Assembly (NCBI RefSeq): GCF_001194135.2
Contig: NC_068986.1
Span: forward strand, 26,360,022-26,424,021
Direction of reading: 5' to 3'
Source of the DNA: Octopus bimaculoides
Lineage: Eukaryota
Length of the DNA: 64,000 bases
Shown: positions 50,153 to 60,500 of the stretch, in pieces
Position numbering within the stretch: position 1 is the first letter of the stretch
Layout of the letters: each line of letters begins with the position of its first letter
Made by a program: the position numbers and the translations under genes
Notes under the pieces: generated by a model
Told to the model about the DNA's origin: nothing
The model's input: the letters and a program-made list of their open reading frames with translations, nothing else
Databases searched by the model: none

Positions 50153-50856
50153 TTTAAGCTGTTGAATTAATTTAACAAATAATTCTAAAGGATTTAAAAG
50201 CGTAGCAAAATCAGCGATGACTTCATTTACTCTACAAATGCTCCAAGTATGTAACAAGTAATTGCATTTGTTGTTGTTACTATATCCATGAAAATAAACA
50301 CCACTGACAATCAAATAGAAAAGTGAGATTTTGCAGTGTTTGGCTCATGATGCAATAGTTTGAAAGATTGCAGAAGAATGAATTTTAGTAACTGAATGAC
50401 AAAAACTGTGCCAACATTTTTTTTTTATTAAGTAACTATGTTCAGTATGGTTTCTTTTGTTTTATAATCAGATCAGTTACTCAAACAAAACACTCTCAGT
50501 TCATTTTGGTCAGATAATCAAGAACTATATATATTTGAGGAAAGTACTTCCAAAATTTGGCTTCAAATTTTGGCATAAGGCTAGTAATTTTAGTGGAAAG
50601 AGTAAGTCCAATTACATTGACACCAGTACTTATTCTAAAAGGATGAGAAGTATAGTCAACTTCAGCAGAATTTGAACTCAGAATACAAAGAGCTGGACGA
50701 AATGTTGCTAAGTATTTTGTTTGATGTGCTGATGATTCTGCCAGCTTGCCACCTTTTAGTACTCTTAAAAATTGGCATAATATTATAAGTTGATGATAAC
50801 TGGATAAAATAATGGAAAACTGTTCAATCAGCTTTGATATTTTCAATTTAATTATT

Positions 50857-51490
50857 TGGTTTAGCCTTATTCAGTTCAACCTTTATTTGGTTCAACAACG
50901 TTATTTGGTTCAGCCTTATTCAGTTCAGCCTTATTCAGTTCAGCCTTATTTGGTTCAGCCTTATTTGGTTCAACTTTATTCAGTTCAACCTTATTTGGTT
51001 CAGCCTTACCCAGTTCAGGCTTATTTGGTTCAACCTTATTCAGTTCAGCCTTGTTCAGTTCAACCTTACTAGGTTCAGCCTTACTCAGTTCAGCCTTACT
51101 CGGTTCAGCCTTATTTGGTTCAACTTTATTCAGTTCAACCTTATTTGGTTCAGCCTTATTTGGTTCAACTTTATTCAGTTCAACCTTACGCAGTTCAGTG
51201 TTATGTGGTTCAGCCTTACTCGGTTCAACCTTATTCAGTTCAGCCTTATTTGGTTCAGCCTTATTTGGTTCAACTTTATTCAGTTCAACCTTATTTGGTT
51301 CAGCCTTATGCAGTTCAGCGTTATGTGGTTCAGCCTTACTTGGTTCAACCTTATTTGGTTCAGCCTTACTCGGTTCAACCTTATTCGTTTCAGCCTTATT
51401 TGGTTCAGCCTTGTTCAGTCCAGCTGTATTCAGTTCAACCTTATTTGGTTCAGCCTTATTTAGTTCAACCTCATTTGGTTCAGTTTTATT
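50857..51490. repeat. 15-bp minisatellite (about 41-42 units, minus-strand consensus AATAAGG(C/T)TGAAC(CA/TG)) with a 120-bp higher-order duplication
   Basis: Units such as ttatttggttcagcc and ttattcagttcaacc are directly visible; the rare variant block gcagttcag(c/t)gttatgtgg recurs 120 bp apart (about 51190 and 51310). Confidence 0.95.
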
Positions 51491-51519
51491 CATACCTGGA
51501 TTCAGTAATTCCCTCAGAT
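50876..51519 (-). CDS. TIR gene exon DLRELLNPG reading on into the (NKAEP/NKVEL)n repeat ORF; an internal donor CAG|GTATGA at 51496 could instead make it a 24-nt micro-exon
   Basis: Acceptor ctaattaacttttttgttttttttccag| with a branch-point-like CTAAT; phase 1 places it in frame with the 205-aa repeat ORF of the track. Confidence 0.55.
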
Positions 51520-54500
51520 CTGGAAAAAAACAAAAAAGTTAATTAGTTACATAAATATCTATTGGTTGTCAGATAAATTCGTTTCTTTTGCTTTCTTTGT
51601 ACTTGGCACTCCATTACACTGTGTAACATTTTTTCTTTTTATTTTCTCTTTAGTTTCTCTTTGCTTCTATCTAGAAATCAAAGGAAATGATCACTATTCC
51701 CTTCAAACTTTGCTTTTGTGACCTGAACATCAATTACACTTCAGACAGCTGAAATAGCAAATATTCTGCTCAATACCACAGATTTGCTTGTCAGTGGTTT
51801 GACCGTAACCACTTGAGCATGTCCCTTAGTGGCTGACACTATGTGCATTTCTGATCATGAGTAGAAGTGGGGAAGTATCATAGCTATGTGTTGAGAAGGA
51901 TTCTTTGAGGTTTGAATAAATGTACAAAAGCAAAGTTTGAAGGAAATATTAACCATTTTTCATACTTTCTAGGGGTAAGCAAACAAGAAATAACAGTTGC
52001 TACCCAAGGACAAAAATCACGTTACACAGTGTTGTTATATTTGAAAAGAGGTAAAGTTTTTTCAAATTTCAAAATTGGTAAAAATAAAACTTGTAGGAGG
52101 AAGATTAGATCTACAAAAAGAAAAAGAAGAAAAAAAAGAAACCTATAAAACACTATGATAAAAATATTTTCATGTTAATTTAAATAATATAGTGAAAAAT
52201 TTAAACAAATGGGAAAAAAATGAACACGTTTACTGGATAACACAATAAACTATTTTAAGATATTCAGTGGTAAACAAAACTCTGATGGTATTTTGGCTTA
52301 AACATTATCAAGTCATATTTAATTGCATTTTAACCATATTTAGGATCATCCTTGTTAGAAAGTAAACTTGTAACAAGTAGTCATGCTGAATATGTAGTTT
52401 TCTCTCCTCGCATTCCGCATTCCCTTTTCAGCACTTCCCGTTGAATTCTCTTTGTATTTTCTCACAAGAAGGAAGTGAGTCACTTAAAGGGCTCCAATAA
52501 ATACATGAGTTTATTCCAGCATGGAACATGATTCAAACACCCAAGTGGAAGTTTACAAGGATTACAAGAAATGTAATAACAGAAGATGTATCTCCAAACA
52601 TGTTCATATCATTCTCCTAGTAATTAGCAATAGGCTTTTCTTCAGGTAAAACAAAAAGGGGAACTCAAGGAAATAACCCTTAAAGATAATCATCCATTTG
52701 AGATGGGCTAATTGTTCTAATGGAGAACGTGTTGAAGGCACATGTGTGGCATAAATGCTGAGAGGGTCCCATACAGGTTTGTCCTTGCTGAAAGTCAATC
52801 GCCTACTGGATCCTTTTTGGCATGCAGCCAAAGCTAACAGTTGAAAGGATGCCACCTATTGAGGTAGCCTAAAAACACTCAACTGCCAAGGGAGATTACT
52901 TCAACCATGTTGTTTACAGATTGATGTAACAACTATCACCAAACCATCTGTGCTACAAACTAAATAAATGGCTAATTAGAGTTGATATTGAGTCATAACT
53001 AACAATTCATCATCATCATTTAATGTCCACGTTCCCACGATTGCATGAATTAGACTGAATTTATTGAGGCAGATTTTCTATAGCCAGAAGCCCTTCCCAT
53101 CACCCGTTTCCAAGAAAAGTAAATTTTTCTCATAACTAGACATGTTTTTCACAGAAGGCTAGAAACAAACAACCTTGCTTCTATGACAATGATGTTCATT
53201 TACAACCAAAATGTGATGTCAAGACAAGGGTACACACAAACGCACATGTATGCACACACACATGCATGCATATGTACACAATGGGCTTTCTGTTTAACAA
53301 ATCCACTCACAGGGCTTTGGTTGACCCAGGGATATAGTGGAAGACATTTGCCAAAGGTGCAACTCAGTGAGTCTGACCCCAGGACCACATGGTTGGGAAG
53401 CAACCATGTGGTTATAAACACCTGTGTCTATAGCGGATTCCTATAAGGTTGTTATCCACCCCTGATTGGAACTCTCCCGTATGACATGTACGCATGCTCA
53501 GTGACTTGCTTTAACTACCGCAGACGCAAATACTGTTGTATATGCAGCCACTATAGAGGGAAGAATGTAGACGGCAAAGTTATTTCACTATATAAATATC
53601 CTGAAAACGTAGCTATTTGTCGTATTTGGCTTCAGAGATCGAGACTTGTAAGGAAAGACTTTGTTTACACTGCAAATAGCCAAATGTGTTCCCAGCATTC
53701 CGTCAATTTTAATGGACCATCGAAAGATCACCCCTTGCCATCCGTTTTGCCAAACAAAGTATTTAAAATATCAGTAAGTGCNNNNNNNNNNNNNNNNNNN
53801 NNNNNNNNNNNNNNNNNNNNNNNNNNNNNNNNNNNNNNNNNNNNNNNNNNNNNNNNNNNNNNNNNNNNNNNNNNNNNNNNNNNNNNNNNNNNNNNNNNNN
53901 NNNNNNNNNNNNNNNNNNNNNNNNNNNNNNNNNNNNNNNNNNNNNNNNNNNNNNNNNNNNNNNNNNNNNNNNNNNNNNNNNNNNNNNNNNNNNNNNNNNN
54001 NNNNNNNNNNNNNNNNNNNNNNNNNNNNNNNNNNNNNNNNNNNNNNNNNNNNNNNNNNNNNNNNNNNNNNNNNNNNNNNNNNNNNNNNNNNNNNNNNNNN
54101 NNNNNNNNNNNNNNNNNNNNNNNNNNNNNNNNNNNNNNNNNNNNNNNNNNNNNNNNNNNNNNNNNNNNNNNNNNNNNNNNNNNNNNNNNNNNNNNNNNNN
54201 NNNNNNNNNNNNNNNNNNNNNNNNNNNNNNNNNNNNNNNNNNNNNNNNNNNNNNNNNNNNNNNNNNNNNNNNNNNNNNNNNNNNNNNNNNNNNNNNNNNN
54301 NNNNNNNNNNNNNNNNNNNNNNNNNNNNNNNNNNAACAACCATTCACTGATTTGGCCATGAGCATGATGAGGTATAGAAGAGGTAGGGACAGTCACACTA
54401 TAAAGTCTAATAATTAGAGGAATATTAGATTCAATGCTGTAAATTTATTATTTAATCAAACAAACACACACACACACACATATATATATATACACACAAA

Positions 54501-57500
54501 AATAAGAGGAATGACCAGCAAAAGTGGACTTCTATATGCTAGAAATAGATGCCGATTCGGCACTTTAGCTGGTCATTCCTCTTATTTTTGTGTGTATATA
54601 TATATATGTGTGTGTGTGTGTGTTTGTTTGATTAAATAATAAATTTACAGCATTGAATCTAATATTCCTCTAATTATTAGACTTTATAGTGTGACTGTCC
54701 CTACCTCTTCTATACCTCATCATGCTCATGGCCAAATCAGTGAATGGTTGTTGAAAGCAGATTGGGATCAGGCAATACTTCTGCTTATTCCTGTCTGAAG
54801 TATCAGACTTATCGTCCTATGAATTTACTTCGTTGACATATCGACAGAATTTTTATACCTTTCAACCTTTCAATCAAGTCCGCCTTTCTTCCAGTAACAT
54901 ACTGTCCATATAATCTTAATTATTTCTTTAACTCAGGCACAGTAAGTACTTCGATAGCTGAATCATCGAATTGCTTTATATCCATGATAAGACGTAAAAC
55001 AATAACAATAGCGTAGATAGTCTGCGGAAGTTTAATTGTCTACATGGAGCGCCGCCTAGCCAAGGGAGATAACCTACTTATAGGAAAGCCCTATAGCGTA
55101 GATAGTCTGCGGAAGTTTGTCTACATGGAGTGCTGCCTAGCCAAGGAAGATAACCTACTTATAGGAAAGCCCTATAGCTAAACATTACAAAAAGAAAAAT
55201 TAAACATAAAACAAAAAATTAATATCTTTATAGCTATATCTATGCACACCCACACACAAAAGCTTCACACTGTCTTGGCTCAAAGAGAACCAAATCACAT
55301 TGTTAACGAGCAACTTTTATTGTTAAAAACTTATATTTTAAGATACATAAGTACAAAGGCAGTACAAGGCAACCAGACGTCATTCACGACCAAATATTGC
55401 TTAGTAATATGTGCCATACTTTTGCTAATTGGTTTAGGTATCTATGTAGTTGTGAGCTGATATAAATACCTTCTTGGCTCCCTCATCTTTGACCCAGAGG
55501 CATATCTAGGATGTGACAGATGGATGGAAAGATAGCTGTACCAAAACTCAGCTTCACTACAGTTGAGAATTAAACCCACAACCTTAGAATCATGAGCTGG
55601 ACATTCTAACCACCAGTCCACATGCCTTTATTCACCTGCATAAAAACACCCTTTAATATCAATGTATGCCATTGCATGCTATATTAATCTCAGTATCCAT
55701 CCATTCACTGGCCTCATCCTTACTACTAGGTAATCTATCCTGTTTTGATAATCTTCCCTTTACCTTAAATAATAAGCAACTAGAATGTAATCAAAATGGC
55801 TAACTTTTCCATCCTAAATATATGCCTATGTGAGATGTGGTTTCCTTTTTAGCAGTAGAAGCAATTCTCTCTAGGTAAATAGGTACTGGAAAGACTCTTC
55901 TCTAACAAGTTAGTGACCATTACGTCTCTGTCAAGTTAGATGAATTCCAATATAAATTAGAGGTGAGTTGGCAACAAAAGGACTCTCTTTCAGAGTGAAA
56001 GGTAGACTATATGATGCTTGTGTGTGAACAGCTAATACTCCATGGTAGTGAGACATGGGCTCTGAATGCAGAAGACATGTGTAGACTGGAGATAAATGAA
56101 GGTAGTATGCTCTGTTGGATGTGCAACATCAGTGTGCATGTACAGCAAAGTGCAAATGGATTGAGAGAAAAGTTGGGCATAAGAGGAATCAAATGTAGAG
56201 AAGACTACATTGGTTTGGACATGTGATGCATATGAATGAGGACAAAGAAAAATAATGTAATATATTACATCCTGTAACACCAGAAGGCTACAGAAAAGAT
56301 ATGATGACAGATTCACTTAGTGAAGAAAAGAGCAAACATGAATGAGTTCGAAAACGTTTTAATCGATGTGATTAGATCATGGATTATTCTGAATAAAAGC
56401 ATATTGTGTTTATATGAATTAGAATATCATATAACAGAATTGTATTTGACCTGACAGTGGCACACTTAGTTGCAGTAACAATGAAAAGAAATAAGTATGA
56501 AAGAGGTGACTAAAGCAAGGAATATGAATGGATATCTAATAAAGATTCATACATGTATAAAGTTAATAATTAAGGACATTAAGACAAGAAAAGATGCAGG
56601 TCCATCAAAAGATAGTTGTTGAATGTTGAAAGTACTAGAATTTGCTGGTACTTTACTAATTACCTACTAAGTTTATTAAGTTACACTATTTTCAAAAGTA
56701 TATACAACAGTGACAATATCTGTAGCTTCACATTGTATACAAGTAACAACAGGAGCCTCAAGAAATTAGGCAAATTCAGAGAGTCTAGCAAAGTTAGAAC
56801 AGTTTAGATATGATACTGTTTGGGTTTGCAGTTGAGATAGAATAACAGGTGCTACATTTTTAGTGATCTCTTCAGAAGAACTGATTTTGCATTCACTTAC
56901 CTCTAGGTTTCTCAGTGGCCCCAAACACCTGAAAAAAATGAAACATAAATAAATGACTTAGAATAGTTTTAATGGATAATTCAGTGTACAGGTAAGTGTT
57001 CATAGGGCTCTGTCTTTAAATAAGTATTCATCATCATCATCATCGTTTAACATCCGCTTTCCATGCTAGCATGGGTTGGATGATTTGACTGAGGACTGGT
57101 GAAACCAGATGGCTACACCAGGCTCCAATCTGATTTGGCAGAGTTTCTACAGCTGAATGCCCTTCCTAACGCCAACCACTCAGAGAGTGTAGTGGGTGCT
57201 TTTACGTGTCACCCGCACGAAGGCCAGTCAGGCGGTACTGGCAACGGTCACGCTCAAATTGGTACATTTTATGTGCCACCCACACAAGAGCCAGTCCAGT
57301 ATTATAATTCTAGAAACAAGAACCAAAGGTTTAGAACGAGATGTTTTTAGAAAATGATAACTTGCTTCTCGTGGCAGTTTGTCAAGGAGCTTCAAAATCT
57401 AAAAGAGGGCAATTTTCAGTCCAGTAGTATAAAATACAACATAGTAATATACAAATTACTAACCAAGTACATGACATTTAAATTTCATGTGGGAAGTTGC

Positions 57501-60500
57501 CGTATACAGTATGTGGCAAAAGAGAAGATTGTGGACTTTAGCAACAACAAACAAACTAAAGATGTAAATGTGATATCTAATAAACTGACAGAGAAGCAGG
57601 ACTATGAATGCATTAGAGGAATGGAAGGGTTACCAATAGGGGTAGCAATAAATAGTAGTGCCGAGGCTATTCAAGACATGCATTTGTTGTAATTTATAAT
57701 TATTGTTAACTAGGTGAGTTAAGAAATACTGAAGAAGGTCGAGAGAAAGTAACAACAGTGTGCAAGTAGAAGTTCAATCTTGACATGTGTGAATAACTGC
57801 AAATACACACACACACACAGAGTCATCAAGGATAGAAAATGATCTTACATTTCAGATCATAATGCAGAGAAGTTTATAGGGGGAATGTTTAAATGTGGAG
57901 AGCAAGCTTATGGCTGGATGTTCTTCCTAATGTGGAGAGCCACTTATGGCTGGATGTTCTTCCTAACACCAACCACTTTACAGAGTGTACTAGGTGCTCT
58001 TTATATGTTGCTGGAATGGGGGCTTTTTCATGTGATGCCAACATGGGTACCTTTTCGTGTGGCACTAGTACAAGTGCTTATTTACATAGAGCCAGCATGG
58101 GTGAACTAACTGGCATAGGTGCTTGTTACATGGCACCGACACGAGTGCATGTCTACATGACACCAACATGGGATCGCCAGAGAAGATACTTGGCTACCCC
58201 AGTAGGGTAAAGAAGTGGAGGGAGGTGGAAGAGTGTGAGAAAGAGAAAGATAGAGACAATAAGAGAGAGAGAGAGAGCTGGTGCATAGAGAACAGTGGAG
58301 GGAAGTATAAGTAGTACAGATGGGACAGAGATGTTCCATAAGCATGTGAGGGGAGATATTTAGAGATAGCAAGTGATGGTAAGAGGTACTAGAGGCCTGC
58401 AGTGGGTGGTGGTGTTTTAGGGAGATGATTTGTGGTGAGCTTTGCCAGAGGACAGAATTATGTGTAGGGAGAAGGGAGTGGGTTTAGGGCCATAAAGGAC
58501 ATGTCTGTATGTGTGGGTAGCCATGATTTTATTTAGCTTGACGTATTTTCTCAAGCAAAGCAAATTGCCATACACATAGTGTACCTTGGTGTCTGTAGCC
58601 ATGCTTACATTTGTTTATGTAACCTAGTGGTTCAACAAACAAAAATTGATACAGTTAGTACCAAGCTTAAAACAGGCTCTAAGGTCATTCTGCTTAACAA
58701 GGTGTTGCAGATAGCATGGACATGGTTGAATGACTGAAACCAGCATATAAGAAAAAGAAAACAGCAACTTTAAAAAAAAACAAATTAATTATATTTTTAC
58801 TTACATTGACTACATTATTGTGACCTGCTTGCATGATGGCATTTTGAACATAAATGATGGATTTAGGTGGTACTAGTGATGTCGATTCAGGTTCTATATC
58901 TTTAAAATATTTTTCAATTTTTTTCTCTTTGTTGCTTTTTTGCCAATCTATTTTTCTATAAGAACTAATTCCAAAATCGTTCTGTTTTACATTTCTATTT
59001 TCTATAATAACTATTCTATTTGGTTCCATTCGAATTAATTCATCTCTCAGATGCTGAGTTCTCTCATCATTTTCCATATTTTCTGTTATGAGCAAAACAA
59101 TAACACTACACTTTTGTGTGATTTCACTCAAATGATCAAAAATTTTATTTTTTCTTGTATTTATCTCGTTATATAGATTACATTTACATTTTGATACCTT
59201 GGAAATTTGGTCAACAACATCAGAAGCTAATGCTTCATCATCATCATGATGAAAGACACAAATACCATGTTCACGGCTGTTTTTGAAGTTGGTAGGGGAA
59301 GATCCTAAAACCAAAAAAACATATACAACGTTACGGTGTGTAGTGATATATAACTATTAATTAAATCTGATATTTTAATAGTGTTTTAGATAATAACAAT
59401 CATCATCATCATTATTTAACATCCATTTTCCTTGCTGGTATGGGCTGGACAGTTCAACAGGTGCTGACAAGCCACAGGATGGTACCAAGTTCCAATGTCT
59501 GTCTTGGTATGGTTTCTATGGCTGGATGTTCTTCCTAACACTTTACAGTATATTGGGTGCTTTTTACAAGGCACTGGCACTAGTGAGGCCACTTGGTAAC
59601 TTGCAAGACAAGACTCCTCAACTACTGAAGGGAGTAGTATTAAGGGAGTTGGCTTTTTACCAGGTGATGAGAGGTTAAAGTAAGATAGACAGAGACAAGA
59701 ACAAGTGTTTTGCTGTAGCAGAGATACATGATTACCTCAGCTGGGAAAAGAAAGAGAATGGTTGTGAAGATGTGTCAGGGTGAATCCTCAAGTTACAGCA
59801 AGGTGAATATAAGTGATATGGGTGGGTAAGTAAGTATGCAGGAGTGAGAGAGATGAGTGACAGGTGGATAGAGATAGGGGTAGTAGGAAATGCAGTGAGT
59901 TGTGAACATGTGTGGAAGCATGCCAGCAGGCATATCAAAGTAAATCCAATATCCATCATTGGTTTTATTATTGGATAACATTAGACTTAGCATCTTGCTA
60001 GCTCTAAGATGGATCTATAAGATAATACTTTTCAGACAGGGAGCCTGAACAGCCCTTCAGGTCCTGTCAAACCATCCAACCTATGCCAGCATGGAAAATG
60101 GACGTTAAATGATGAAAGGGGCAGTAAAAAGGGGAGCAAAACAGCAGAACTGGTAAACTGTTAGAGAAAATCTCTTGCAGTGTTTAGATAGACACCTTTA
60201 TATGTTAAGTTTTAAACTTGCTAAAATCAGCTTTAACTTTCTTCTTTTTGGGAATGAAAAATAATTACAAGCCAAGTACTAGGGCTTACTAAAACTGACT
60301 TCACCTGTACTTTATTTACATTATTTACATTCGATGGATATTTGTCCTCATCTTGTTTGTTGTTAACACAATGTTTCGGCTGATATACCCTCCAGCCTTC
60401 ATCAGGTGTCTTGGGGAAATTTCAAACCTGAGTTCTCATTCCTAAGGTATTTTTCGATGTTGTTGTTATTATTATTATTAAGGTCACTGTTTGGAATTGA

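Larger units (their letters stand above)
53432..55173. mobile_element. Internally deleted TIR DNA transposon with convergent THAP (+) and SAP (-) ORFs; ISL2EU/PHIS-like
   Basis: Imperfect TIRs AGCGGATTCCTATAAGGTTGTTATC versus reverse complement AGGGCTTTCCTATAAGTAGGTTATC; AT on both sides within a CTATAG context; THAP and SAP ORFs point inward from each end. Confidence 0.7.

Noticed and set aside
50876-51546. Plus-strand repeat ORFs (VQPYL/FSSTL/WFSL repeats) and a CRISPR-like reading of the array
   Set aside because: There are no unique spacers, so it is a minisatellite and not CRISPR. The plus-strand frames lack any splice or gene context.
55660-55763. Possible terminal exon of the TIR gene (GKGKIIKTG* or VKGRLSKQD..)
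   Set aside because: Weak AAG acceptor with a poor pyrimidine tract; much weaker than the 51519 acceptor.
57887-57962. Short tandem duplications (about 36 bp here; 19 bp at about 18882-18917; 28 bp at about 30108-30160)
   Set aside because: Ordinary slippage duplications in repeat or intronic DNA with no further structure.
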